Below, in pieces: positions 10,698 to 21,608 of a stretch of 64,000 nucleotides of DNA; position 1 is the first letter of the stretch, and every line of letters starts with the position of its first letter. A program made the translations under genes and the position numbers. The stretch spans positions 1,919-65,918 of the forward strand of contig CANRPS010000001.1 in the NCBI GenBank assembly GCA_947632585.1, read 5' to 3'. Below the pieces are notes generated by a model, which saw only the letters and a list, made by a program, of their open reading frames with translations, had not been told where the DNA came from and ran no database searches. This DNA comes from an uncultured Clostridia bacterium (lineage in GTDB: Bacteria; Bacillota; Clostridia; TANB77; CAG-508).

Positions 10698-12428
10698 ATG
10701 ACGAAATTAAAAAATAAGTTTAGGGAAGTTCCTAGATTTAATAATATAAAAGAATTAATTTATAATTCTGTAAAGAAATATAAAGATAATATTGCATTTA
10801 TTACAAAAGTAAAAAAAGATGAAGGTATTGAATACATAAAACATACTTACCAAAATTTTCTAGATGATATAAATAGTTTTGGAACCGCACTTTATAATTT
10901 AAAATTAAAAGGAAAAAGAATTGCAATATGTGGAAGAAATAGATATGAGTGGGCAGTTGCCCATTTAAGCAATTTATTTGGCGGAATTGTATCTGTTCCT
11001 ATTGATAAAGAATTACAGGTAAATGAATTAGAGGATTCTCTAGTTAGAAGTAATGTGGATGCTATTGTTTTTGATGAAAAATATGAAACAAATATTAATG
11101 AAATTAAAGAACATAACAAAACAAATATTAAACAATACATATGTATGGGTGATTTAGATGGATTTATCAATTTTAATTCATTATTAAACGAAGGAAAAAA
11201 ATTATTAGCTTCTGGTGAAAGAGATTTTGTAAATTATGAAGTTGATTCTGATAATATGAGTATTTTACTTTTTACATCTGGCACAACATCAAAGTCTAAA
11301 GCTGTAATGTTAAATCAAAGGTCTATAGCTGCAAATATTTCAGATATGTTAATGGTCGAAAGTTTATATCCTACAGATACTAATATTGCATTTTTACCAT
11401 TTCATCATATATTTGGTTCAACAGGCCTTTTAGTTATGTTAGCAGCAGGAGTTAAGACAGTTTTCCCTGACGGATTAAGATATATTAAGCAAAATTTGAT
11501 TGAATACCAAGTTTCTGTATTTGTTGGTGTTCCAATTTTAATAACTAAAATGTATGAAAATATTGAAAAAGAAATAGAAAAACAAGGCAAAACCAAGCTT
11601 ATTAATAGAGCTTTAAAAATAAGTAATTTTTTGTTAAAATTCCATATTGATATAAGGAAATTTTTATTTAAACCTATTATAAATGCTTTAGGTGGAAAAA
11701 TGAGATTTATAATATCTGGTGGCGCACCACTAGATAAAGAAATTTCCACAAGATTTAATGAGTTCGGAATTCATTTAGTACAAGGATATGGATTAACTGA
11801 GACTTGTCCTGTAATAGCTGCCGAAAACGATAAATATGTAAGACCAGGATCTATTGGTATGCCGCTTTATAGTGTAGTTGTTGATATAGCAGATAAAGAT
11901 AAAGATGGTATAGGTGAACTTAGAGTAAAAGGACCAAATATAATGCTTGGCTATTATGAAAATGAGGAAGCAACAAATGAAGTACTAAAAGATGGATGGT
12001 TTTATACTGGAGATATTGGTTATATTGATAAAGATGGTTTTATATTTCTAACAGGAAGAAAAAAAGATGTTATAGTTTTAAAAAATGGTAAAAAAGTATT
12101 TCCAGATGAACTTGAATTATTAATTGAAAGATTCCCAGAAGTTGAAGAAGTATTTGTTTATGGAATGCCACAACAAGGTGATAAAAATGATCCTATGGTT
12201 TCTGTAGAAATAGTATATAATAAAGATGAAATTCAAAAAAGAACAGAAAAAGAATTATATGATATTTTATGGAATAAAATAAGAGATATAAATAAAGGAT
12301 TACCACCTTATAAGTATATTAAGCATATGGTTTTAACTAATGAACCTTTAATAAAAACTTCAACTAATAAGGTTAAAAGGAAAGAAGAATATGCAAAACT
12401 TATACAATTAGGTAAAGTAAATGCATAA
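10698..12428 (+). CDS. AMP-dependent long-chain acyl-CoA synthetase
   Basis: LFTSGTTSKSKAVML (AMP-binding motif), GYGLTET, TGDIGYIDKDGFIFLTGRKKD. A TTGACA / TGTGATAAT-type promoter lies at about 10634-10662. Confidence 0.85.
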   Translation: MTKLKNKFREVPRFNNIKELIYNSVKKYKDNIAFITKVKKDEGIEYIKHTYQNFLDDINSFGTALYNLKLKGKRIAICGRNRYEWAVAHLSNLFGGIVSVPIDKELQVNELEDSLVRSNVDAIVFDEKYETNINEIKEHNKTNIKQYICMGDLDGFINFNSLLNEGKKLLASGERDFVNYEVDSDNMSILLFTSGTTSKSKAVMLNQRSIAANISDMLMVESLYPTDTNIAFLPFHHIFGSTGLLVMLAAGVKTVFPDGLRYIKQNLIEYQVSVFVGVPILITKMYENIEKEIEKQGKTKLINRALKISNFLLKFHIDIRKFLFKPIINALGGKMRFIISGGAPLDKEISTRFNEFGIHLVQGYGLTETCPVIAAENDKYVRPGSIGMPLYSVVVDIADKDKDGIGELRVKGPNIMLGYYENEEATNEVLKDGWFYTGDIGYIDKDGFIFLTGRKKDVIVLKNGKKVFPDELELLIERFPEVEEVFVYGMPQQGDKNDPMVSVEIVYNKDEIQKRTEKELYDILWNKIRDINKGLPPYKYIKHMVLTNEPLIKTSTNKVKRKEEYAKLIQLGKVNA

Positions 12429-12442
12429 GAAAGGATTTTATT

Positions 12443-13556
12443 ATGTTAGATTTAGATGAAATTTTTAAGTCAATGAATAATTTAAATAAAAGATTAAAAG
12501 ATTTAGGAGATTCTCTTTGACATAGTAAAATTGGAAACTAATTTAAAATCTTTAGAAGAAGAAACGACAAAATCTGATTTTTGGAGTGATACTAAATATT
12601 CAAACGAAATTCTTAATAAAATTAAATCTATTAAAGGGAAATGTGTGAAATATAGAGACATAGAAAATGATATAAATACTAATACTGAAATAATAGATTT
12701 ACTTAAACTTGAATATGATGAAAATTTAGCAGAAGAATTATCCAAAAATGTTAAAAAAATTGAAAAACAAGTAAATAAATTTGAAATAGAAGTTCTTTTA
12801 TCAGGAAAATTTGATAAAAATAATGCTATTATAACAATTCATCCAGGTGCTGGAGGAACTGAAGCTCAAGACTGGGTAGAGATGCTTTATAGGATGTATA
12901 CTAGATGGGCATCTAAATCAGCGTATAAAGTAGAAGAATTAGATTATTTAGAAGGTGACGAAGCGGGTATTAAAAGTGTAACTTTTTCAGTTATAGGAGA
13001 AAATGCTTATGGCTATTTAAAAGGTGAAATTGGAGTACATAGATTAGTCAGAATTTCTCCTTTTGATAGTGGAGGAAGGAGACATACATCTTTTGCTTCG
13101 ATAGAGGTTTTACCAGAAATTACAGAAGATATTGATTTATATATTAATCCTGATGATATCAAAATGGATGTATATAGGGCATCTGGTGCAGGAGGACAAC
13201 ACATAAATAAAACTTCATCTGCTGTAAGACTTACTCATATTCCTACAGGAATTGTTGTTTCTTGTCAAACTCAGCGTTCACAACTTCAAAATAGAGAGTA
13301 TGCAATGAAAATGCTTAAATCTAAATTAATGGACTTAAAAGAAAGAGAACATAAAAAAGAAATTGAAGATCTTAAGGGTGTTCAAATGGATATAGCCTGG
13401 GGAAGTCAAATTCGTTCTTATGTATTTTGCCCATATACAATGGTTAAAGATCATAGAACAAATTATGAAGTAGGTAATGTACAAGGAGTAATGGATGGTG
13501 ATTTAGATGGCTTTATTGAAGCTTTCTTAAAACAAAATAGTAACCAAGAAAAATAA
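12443..13556 (+). CDS. prfB: Peptide chain release factor 2, programmed +1 frameshift
   Basis: ORF0 is ATG 12443 through 25 codons to CTT TGA (TGA at 12518-12520). The +1 frame from GAC 12519 continues as DIVKLETNLKSLEEE... through SPF and GGQHINK motifs. Confidence 0.95.
12505..12521 (+). promoter_or_regulatory. prfB autoregulatory frameshift site (SD-like AGGAGA + CTT TGA C)
   Basis: AGGAGATTCT CTT TGA C. Internal Shine-Dalgarno-like element a few nt upstream of the slippery CUU-UGA-C. Confidence 0.9.
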
Positions 13557-13625
13557 TTAACATAATATATACTAGACCATATTTAATTAAATAGGTTGTT
13601 ACTATTATTTTAAGAAGGTATAGAT

Positions 13626-14804
13626 ATGGAACTAGTAGTATTAAAATTTGGAGGAAGTTCTGTTGCCGATAATAATAAGTTAAATATTGTTGTAAATAAA
13701 ATTAAAAGTTTTTATGAAAATAATAAAAAAATTGTTGTAGTAGTTTCGGCACAAGGTAAAAAAACAGATGAATTAATTAAAGAAGCTCTAAGTTTATCAA
13801 ATACACCAGATGATAGAGAGCTAGATGTTTTATTAAGTTCTGGTGAGCAAATGTCAATGGCCAAACTTGCTATTTTATTAAATAAAGAACATATTCCAGC
13901 GGTTTCCCTTACTGGGTGGCAAGCTGGAATATATACTAATAACAAAAATCAAGAAGCTATTATTGAAAACATTGATACATCTCGTATAGATAAAGAATTA
14001 GGAAAAGGAAAAATTGTAATTGTGGCAGGATTCCAAGGAATAAACAAAAATATGGATATAACAACATTAGGCAGAGGGGGATCTGATACAACAGCAGTTG
14101 CTCTAGCTGCTAAATTAAATGCTTCAAAGTGTTATATTTTTTCTGATGTGGATGGTGTTTATTCTACTGATCCTAACCAATCTAATTTAGCTAAAAAATT
14201 AGATACAATTTCTTATAAGGAAATGCTTGATATTGCAGATGAGGGTGCAAAAGTACTTCATAATAGATGTGTTGAGATTGCAGAAAAATATGGAGTTCAA
14301 ATAATCGCACAATCAACCTTTAATGATAATATAGGTACAATTATTAATGATAAAATAGAAGGAACACAGGTTAAAAGTATTGTTAAAAATGATAATATTA
14401 AATATGTTCATATTAAAGAAAAAGGATATTCTATAGATAGATTTAATGAAATATATAATTCTTTTATAAAAAATGAACTTGGAGTTAAAAATTTAGTTAA
14501 TAGTAGCTTAAATGATTTAGATATGTCCTTTACAATTAATAAATCTAAAATTAATAAATTACAACATATATTAGAAAGCAATTTTAAAAGCATAAGTTCA
14601 AACATTTTAGATATTTCAAAAATTTCTATTATTGGAAGCGGTATTATGAGTAATAATTCTATTTTAAATAAAATTATGAATATAACTCAAAAAAATCAAA
14701 TTGAAATAATAAGTATGGAGATAAATGAATCAAAGATTTCTATTATGTTTAATAAAATTGTCTCAGATGACATTTTAGAAGCTTTGCATAAAGAACTTAT
14801 ATAA
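13626..14804 (+). CDS. Aspartate kinase
   Basis: VLKFGGSSV, GRGGSDTTA, and C-terminal ACT-like repeats. 392 aa. Confidence 0.9.
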   Translation: MELVVLKFGGSSVADNNKLNIVVNKIKSFYENNKKIVVVVSAQGKKTDELIKEALSLSNTPDDRELDVLLSSGEQMSMAKLAILLNKEHIPAVSLTGWQAGIYTNNKNQEAIIENIDTSRIDKELGKGKIVIVAGFQGINKNMDITTLGRGGSDTTAVALAAKLNASKCYIFSDVDGVYSTDPNQSNLAKKLDTISYKEMLDIADEGAKVLHNRCVEIAEKYGVQIIAQSTFNDNIGTIINDKIEGTQVKSIVKNDNIKYVHIKEKGYSIDRFNEIYNSFIKNELGVKNLVNSSLNDLDMSFTINKSKINKLQHILESNFKSISSNILDISKISIIGSGIMSNNSILNKIMNITQKNQIEIISMEINESKISIMFNKIVSDDILEALHKELI

Positions 14805-14941
14805 ATAAAAAGGAATATAAAGTTTTAAACTTTTATTCCTTATTTTTTTATAAAAATGTATATTATTGTAATACTATATAAAAAATTTTATAGCATAAAC
14901 TATATTTTTTTGAATATATATCCTAATAGGAGAAAAGATAT

Positions 14942-16093
14942 ATGTTCAATGTTACAATAATAAAGTTAAAGGATTTAATTAAAATAGTTTTTGTAATAAT
15001 AATTATTTGTGTTTTTTTTAGAATACTTTTTAAAACTATAAAAATAAATAATACACAAGAAAAAAGAATTGAATTTAATATAAGTGACTTCATTAAATTT
15101 GGAATAAATAATGAAAGTTCTATAATAAAAGCTTTTTCTGGGACAAATTTAATTCCAGAAGAAAAGACTGAAGATGTAGAGGAAACCTCATTTAATAAAA
15201 AAATACAATTATTGTTTAAAACTGCAACCAATATATTCAATAGTAAAAATCTAACAAAAATAGAAACTACTAACTCAGGAGAAAATAATAACAATAAAAT
15301 TATAGAAGAAAACACAAAAAACAAAATAGAGGAAAATGCAAAAACAGAAATTGTAACTCCTAATCCTATAAAAGAAAGTTATGACCAAGAATATAATGGT
15401 ATAAAAATAAAAAATGAAACAGACTATGAATTAACAGATGACATATTAAATCCAAATGACTTAAACATTAATCAAAATAATATAATAATATTTCATACAC
15501 ATACATGTGAATCTTACACATCAAGTGAATCCTATTACTATGAATCTACAGGAAATTATAGAACAACAGATTTAAATTATACTGTTTCAAAAGTTGGAGA
15601 CGAACTAACAAATTGTCTAGGAGATTATGGTTTTAACATAAATCATAACTCTACATATCATGATTATCCATCATACACGGGTTCATATAATAGATCACTT
15701 TCTACTGTAGAAGGAATACTACAAAATTTTAATTCAGATATAATAATAGATTTACATAGAGATGCAATAGGAAGTAATAATTCATATGCTCCAACTGTAA
15801 AAATTGGTGAAGATTATTGTTCACAACTAATGTTTGTAATGGGTACAAATGGTGGAGGTTTATATCATCCAGATTGGTCTTCTAATTTAAAATTTGCGAT
15901 AAAAATACAAGAAAAAGCAAATGAAGTATATCCAGGTCTTTTTAAACCATTAATTTTGAGAAATTCAAGATATAATCAACATCTAGGTAAAGCAGCATGT
16001 ATAATAGAAGTTGGTGCAACAGGAAATACATTAGATGAATCAATAAATAGTATGAAATATTTAGCAAAAATTATGTCATTAGTTTTAAAATAA
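14942..16093 (+). CDS. spoIIP: Stage II sporulation protein P
   Basis: N-terminal TM helix. IIFHTHTCESY, DLHRD, and a conserved C-terminal amidase-like region. Confidence 0.85.
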   Translation: MFNVTIIKLKDLIKIVFVIIIICVFFRILFKTIKINNTQEKRIEFNISDFIKFGINNESSIIKAFSGTNLIPEEKTEDVEETSFNKKIQLLFKTATNIFNSKNLTKIETTNSGENNNNKIIEENTKNKIEENAKTEIVTPNPIKESYDQEYNGIKIKNETDYELTDDILNPNDLNINQNNIIIFHTHTCESYTSSESYYYESTGNYRTTDLNYTVSKVGDELTNCLGDYGFNINHNSTYHDYPSYTGSYNRSLSTVEGILQNFNSDIIIDLHRDAIGSNNSYAPTVKIGEDYCSQLMFVMGTNGGGLYHPDWSSNLKFAIKIQEKANEVYPGLFKPLILRNSRYNQHLGKAACIIEVGATGNTLDESINSMKYLAKIMSLVLK

Positions 16094-16143
16094 AGTATAA
16101 ATCCTATCTTAAATCATATAATATAATAAGATAGGAGTTTTTT

Positions 16144-17242
16144 ATGTCAAAAGAATTTACATATTGGACAAGTGTTATTAAGAGAATCATTTTGTTTATT
16201 CTTATCATACTAGTAACATTTATTTGTTTTAAATTAGCAATATTTTATATGCCATTTTTAATTGCATTTATAATATCTTTAATGATAGAACCACTTATAA
16301 AAAAATTAATGAAAAAGTTTAAAATAACCCGAAGATTAAGTTCAATTATTGTATTTGTTGTAACATTTGGAATAATTATAGGTTTTTTAACATGGGGAAT
16401 AGTAGTATTTGTTTCAGAATCGACCCATTTATTAGAAAGCTTTAATATTTACTATGAAAAAATATCAAATTTAATACAAGACTTATTAAATAATTTTGAT
16501 TTTACTAAATTTAAAATTCCGGATGTGCTTTTAAATATCATTAAAAGTAGTAGTTTTACAATGTTAGAAAAAATAGCAAATAATATTCAAAATTTTTTAA
16601 CTAAAATAATAACAGGTTTAACAAAAATTCCAACATTTACAATATATTTTGCAATAACTTTACTTGCACTATATTTTATTTGCACTGATAAAATATATAT
16701 GCTAGATGAATTAGAACATCATTTACCAGAAAAATGGATGAAAGAACTTACTATTCATATTAGAGAACTGATAAAAATATTAGGAGGATATCTTAAATCA
16801 CAAGCAATATTAATTTTAATATCTTTTATAATATGTTTGATTGGTTTATATATTTTATATTTTTTAGGATTTAATATAGAATTCCCTTTAATATATGCAG
16901 TAGGAATAGGGTTTGTTGATGCTCTTCCAATACTTGGTTCTGGAACAATTATGATTCCTTGGGGAATTTTGGCTGGAATAAATGGAGACTTAAAACTTGG
17001 AATTGCAATTATTATTCTTTGGATAATTATGTCTGTAATAAGACAATTCATCGAACCTAAAATCGTTAGTCGGAAACATTGGTATACATCCAATATTTAC
17101 AATAGCATCTATGTATACAGGATTCAAATTAATAGGTGTTTGGGGAATGTTTATAGGACCAATAGTTTTAATAATATTAAAAAATATTTTTTCAAAATTT
17201 GTAGATGGTGGAATTGTTAAAACAATATTTAATATAGAATAA
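16144..17242 (+). pseudogene. ytvI: Sporulation integral membrane protein YtvI (AI-2E transporter family), interrupted by one extra C at 17071
   Basis: Zero frame reads gtt agt CGG aaa cat and degenerates. The +1 frame gives PKIVSGNIGIHPIFTIASMYTGFKLIGVWGMFIGPIVLIILKNIF...NIE, stop at 17240-17242. This is the expected conserved C-terminus. Confidence 0.8.
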
Positions 17243-17283
17243 AAAGACTCCACCTAGCCGTTAAGCGAGATGGAGTTGGTTGC

Positions 17284-17670
17284 TTACTTTACGACCATCG
17301 CAATGTAAAGCTTACCATGAGTCATGACCTTGTATGTATCCTTACCAATATTGTCAACAACCTGTGCCTTAGCGCTAACAGAGGCATGAGAAAGTCTGAC
17401 TGCACCATGTTCAAGAATCAAGGTTCTGCATTGAAAGCACTTTCCTGCCTCAGGAATTTGCTTCGTATATGCAAAAGCCGTAGGAATCGTTTCCATGGGC
17501 ACAAACCAGCTGGTAAGGAAAAATCCGTTGGGTTCTTCCAGAGCATACACGTCCTGTCCGTTGTGAGAGCATGTGTATCGCACATTATACACTTTCCCAA
17601 CAACCAAGGTGTTAGGGTTAGAGCATTGTGCTTGTAGTTGCATACTCCCAATGTAAACAACCTGTTGCAT
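17284..17670 (-). CDS. Hypothetical protein (orphan, compositionally foreign islet 2)
   Basis: Higher-GC ORF. GGAGG RBS sits 9 nt before ATG at 17670 (MQQVVYIG...). An extended -10 (TGATATAAT) lies at about 17773-17781 on the minus strand. A hairpin at 17250-17278 is shared with the ytvI end. No family recognised. Confidence 0.55.
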   Translation of the reverse strand: MQQVVYIGSMQLQAQCSNPNTLVVGKVYNVRYTCSHNGQDVYALEEPNGFFLTSWFVPMETIPTAFAYTKQIPEAGKCFQCRTLILEHGAVRLSHASVSAKAQVVDNIGKDTYKVMTHGKLYIAMVVK

Positions 17671-17818
17671 TCTAATCAACCTCCAAACAAATTATTTGTC
17701 AATTGTGTTGTAAACAACGAGGTAAAGCGAGGTTATCCTGAATCATGTGCATATAGCACTGAAACAAAAATTATTATATCACATATTAAGAAAAAAATAA
17801 AGTTAAAACTAAATTATT

Positions 17819-18398
17819 TTATAATATTCCATTTGTTGGTATATATGTATCATCAGGTTGGGATACATATTTATTTTGTGGTTCTTCACATTTTTTCATA
17901 TCAGTAACTTGAATTTCTGCTATGTCACCATAATAATCTCCTTTTATAATAGTTCCAGTAATATCTACCCATACCTTATCCTCAAATTCATAAGCCTTAT
18001 CATAAGTACATAAAAAACCAACAACAAGTGTTCCGAGAAGAATTTTGATTTACAATCATATCCCTAGCCAAAACAAATTCGTCCTCATCAAAATCAATTA
18101 ATCTATATACATATCCTATAAAATGAATTTTCAAACCTATATAAGAATCAACATCTTTAGTTACCGCATCTAATACATTCGTATAATTTTTTTCAGTAAT
18201 TTCGAAAACATCTCCTGTTTTTATTTTGTCGGTTAAATTAATTATTTCATCATTTTCAGGAAGAGAAATAGTTTCATCTTTTTTTATAAAAATATTATAA
18301 ATTCCTATAAAAAGAATAATTAAAACAATAGTCAAGATAGATATAAAAGTAATTTTAACTATTTTCTTTCCATTAAGTTTTAAATTATATAAAAACAT
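17819..18398 (-). pseudogene. Membrane-anchored protein (DUF1980/TIGR03943-like C-terminus), interrupted by one extra base at 18035
   Basis: The coding strand reads tct tct CGG aac. Dropping the C extends the ORF as SSGTLVVGFLCTYDKAYEFEDKVWVDITGTIIKGDYYGD... to a stop at 17819-17821. Confidence 0.6.
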
Positions 18399-18605
18399 AT
18401 CATCATCTCATTTCTGTTGCTTTTTATTGCAACTTTTTTCTATACAAAAAATTTATTCTTAAATTCAAATAATATTCCAAAAAAACTTGATAAAAAATCA
18501 ATTTAGTGATATATTAATTAAGTAAAAAATCCAAAATAAGTTTAAAATGCGATAATTTTAGTTTTTTTAAACTAATTGGCTTTAAGAAAGGAATGAAAAT
18601 ATACT

Positions 18606-21365
18606 ATGAAATTATTTAAATCATACAGCGAGAAAGAAGTAAAAAGAATAATGCCAATTGTACAAAGTATAAATGCATTAGAAGATGAAATGAGTAAACT
18701 TACAGATAAGGAATTAACTGCAAAGACCCCATACTTTAAAGAACAATTAGCTAATGGAAAAACATTAGATGATATACTTCCAGAAGCATTTGCAGTAGTT
18801 AGAGAAGCATCAAAAAGAGTTTTAGGAATGAGACATTTTGATGTTCAATTAATAGGTGGTATCATACTTCATCAAGGTAGAATTGCCGAAATGAAAACTG
18901 GTGAAGGTAAAACACTTGTTGCAACACTTCCAGTGTATTTGAATGCATTAGAAGGAAAAGGTGTTCATGTTGTAACTGTAAATGACTACTTAGCAAAACG
19001 TGATAGTGAATGGATGGGAAAATTATATAAATTTATGGGATTAAGTGTAGGCTTGGTAATTTCAGGACAATCTCCAAAGCAAAAACAAGATGCTTATAAT
19101 GCTGATATTACTTATGGTACAAACAATGAATTTGGATTTGATTACTTAAGAGACAACATGGTAATATATAAAAATCAACTTGTTCAAAGAGGACTACATT
19201 TTGCAATCGTAGATGAAATAGATAGTATTTTAATAGATGAGGCTAGAACACCTCTTATAATATCTGGTAGGGCTAATTCTTCTTCAGATTTATATAAAAG
19301 AGCAGATACTTTTGTAAGAAAACTACAAGCAAAAGTTATAATTGAAGAAGATGTTAAAGACGCAGATCAACAAGAAGACAATGAAAATTATGACTATATA
19401 GTAGATTTAAAAGCAAAATCTGCTACTCTTACTGGAAAAGGTATTGAAAAAGCAGAAAAAGAATTTGGTTTAGAAAATTTTAATGATATAGAGAATTCTG
19501 ATATAGTTCATCATGTTAATCAAGCTTTACGTGCACATGGTATTATGAAAAAAGATATTGATTATATCGTAAAAGATGGACAAGTATTAATAGTTGATGA
19601 ATTCACAGGACGTATTATGTATGGAAGAAGATATAATGATGGTTTGCATCAAGCATTAGAAGCAAAAGAAAAAGTTAAAATTGCAGACGAATCAAAAACT
19701 CTTGCAACAATTACTTTCCAAAACTTCTTCAAAATGTATGGTAAGTTATCAGGTATGACAGGTACTGCCATGACAGAATCAAGTGAATTTGAAGAAATAT
19801 ATAATTTAGATGTTATTGCAATTCCTACAAACAAACCTATGATTCGTAAAGACCAAAATGATGTTATATTAAAAAATGAAAGAGCAAAATTCAATGCAAT
19901 TGTAGAATCAGTTAAAGAAGCACATTCAAAAGGTCAACCAGTATTAATTGGTACAGTATCAGTAGAAAAATCAGAGTTATTAAGTAAAAAATTAAAAGAT
20001 GCAGGAATCAAACATACAGTATTAAATGCAAAATATCATGAACAAGAAGCAGAAATAATTGCACAAGCTGGTAAATATGGTAGTGTAACTATTGCTACAA
20101 ATATGGCTGGTCGTGGTACTGATATTATGCTTGGTGGAAATAGTGAATTTTTAGCTAAACAAGAAATGAGAGAAAACAAAGTACCTGCAAACTTAATAGA
20201 AGAATCAAACACATATTATGAAACAGATGATCAAGACATTTTAAGAGCAAGAGAGCAATTTAAAGCATTAGAAAAGAAATATCAAGAACAAATACAAAAT
20301 GAGAAAGAAAAGGTAATTGAAGCTGGCGGTTTAAAAATTATAGGTACAGAGCGTCACGAATCAAGACGTATTGATAATCAGCTTCGTGGAAGAAGTGGTC
20401 GTCAAGGAGATCCTGGAGATTCTAAATTCTATATAAGTCTAGAAGATAATTTGATGAAAATCTTTGGTGGAGACAGAGTAACTAAAGTATATTCTGCACT
20501 AAATATAGATGAAAATATTCCTATAGAAGTTGGTTTTATTTCGAAAGCTGTTGAAAATGCTCAAAAGAAAGTAGAAGGTAGAAACTTTAGTATACGTAAA
20601 AATGTATTAAAATATGATGATGTAATGAATGTTCAAAGAACTGAAATATATTCACAAAGAAGACAAGTTCTTGATGGAATAGATTTAAGTGAAGTTATTT
20701 CTAACTATATTGATTGGGTTGCAGAGATAACTGTTGAAACATTTAATGAAAGTGATGAACATGGCAATACAACTTTAAATATAACATCTTTAGCTAATGA
20801 AATTCAAAATACATTTGGAATTAATATGGCTGATGAGATAAAAGAAAAACAAAATGATGTAAATTCAATTATAGAATCTTTAAAAGAAAAAGCACATTCA
20901 AAATATAAAGAAAAAGAAAATGAAATTGAACCAGAACAACTTCGTGAAATAGAAAGAATTGTTATGCTTAAAGTAGTTGATCAAAAATGGATGGATCATA
21001 TTGATAGCATGGACGAATTAAGAAAAGGTATTGGACTTCAAGGATGGGGACAAAAAGATCCAGTTGTTCAATATAGAATAACTGGTACTGAAATGTTTGA
21101 TGAAATGATTGAATCTATAAAAATTGATGTTGTAAAACTTCTTATGAATTTAAGACAACAAAAGGATTTAAGAAGAAGTGAAACAGCAAAAATAACTAAA
21201 GCAGCACTTCAGTCAATAAATAGTGTTGATGGCGGTCAATCTACTATAGATAATCCTAATGTAAATAGAACTATTGTTAGGGAAGAGCCAAAGGTTGGAA
21301 GAAATGATCCATGTCCTTGTGGTTCGGGCAAAAAGTATAAGAATTGTTGCGGGAAGAATGCTTAA
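18606..21365 (+). CDS. secA: Preprotein translocase ATPase SecA
   Basis: 919 aa. MKTGEGKT Walker A, DEIDSILIDEARTPLIISG, C-terminal zinc motif CPCGSGKKYKNCCG. Confidence 0.97.
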   Translation: MKLFKSYSEKEVKRIMPIVQSINALEDEMSKLTDKELTAKTPYFKEQLANGKTLDDILPEAFAVVREASKRVLGMRHFDVQLIGGIILHQGRIAEMKTGEGKTLVATLPVYLNALEGKGVHVVTVNDYLAKRDSEWMGKLYKFMGLSVGLVISGQSPKQKQDAYNADITYGTNNEFGFDYLRDNMVIYKNQLVQRGLHFAIVDEIDSILIDEARTPLIISGRANSSSDLYKRADTFVRKLQAKVIIEEDVKDADQQEDNENYDYIVDLKAKSATLTGKGIEKAEKEFGLENFNDIENSDIVHHVNQALRAHGIMKKDIDYIVKDGQVLIVDEFTGRIMYGRRYNDGLHQALEAKEKVKIADESKTLATITFQNFFKMYGKLSGMTGTAMTESSEFEEIYNLDVIAIPTNKPMIRKDQNDVILKNERAKFNAIVESVKEAHSKGQPVLIGTVSVEKSELLSKKLKDAGIKHTVLNAKYHEQEAEIIAQAGKYGSVTIATNMAGRGTDIMLGGNSEFLAKQEMRENKVPANLIEESNTYYETDDQDILRAREQFKALEKKYQEQIQNEKEKVIEAGGLKIIGTERHESRRIDNQLRGRSGRQGDPGDSKFYISLEDNLMKIFGGDRVTKVYSALNIDENIPIEVGFISKAVENAQKKVEGRNFSIRKNVLKYDDVMNVQRTEIYSQRRQVLDGIDLSEVISNYIDWVAEITVETFNESDEHGNTTLNITSLANEIQNTFGINMADEIKEKQNDVNSIIESLKEKAHSKYKEKENEIEPEQLREIERIVMLKVVDQKWMDHIDSMDELRKGIGLQGWGQKDPVVQYRITGTEMFDEMIESIKIDVVKLLMNLRQQKDLRRSETAKITKAALQSINSVDGGQSTIDNPNVNRTIVREEPKVGRNDPCPCGSGKKYKNCCGKNA

Positions 21366-21608
21366 CTAGCTTATTACAAGAATTCCAACAATTTAAAAAA
21401 TAGGTGTCAAAAATTAATTTGTCACCTAAATTATAAAAATATAACTGGAAACCATTGAAAAATAAGGAGTGTATCCAAAATAAATTGGATGACACTTCTT
21501 TTTTGGTGTAAAAAATCAATATTTTTTTGTAAAAATATTGAATATGAAGTCAAAAGATGATACAATACAAATGTTCGCTAATAATTATAGAGATAGGAGG
21601 TATATTTA

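Noticed and set aside
17317-17907. Three further ORFs in islet 2: 17317-17637 (+), 17418-17660 (-) and 17638-17907 (+).
   Set aside because: They mutually overlap the 17284-17670 ORF. They lack an RBS and have Arg/Cys/Leu-rich compositions typical of off-frame translation of a GC-richer gene.
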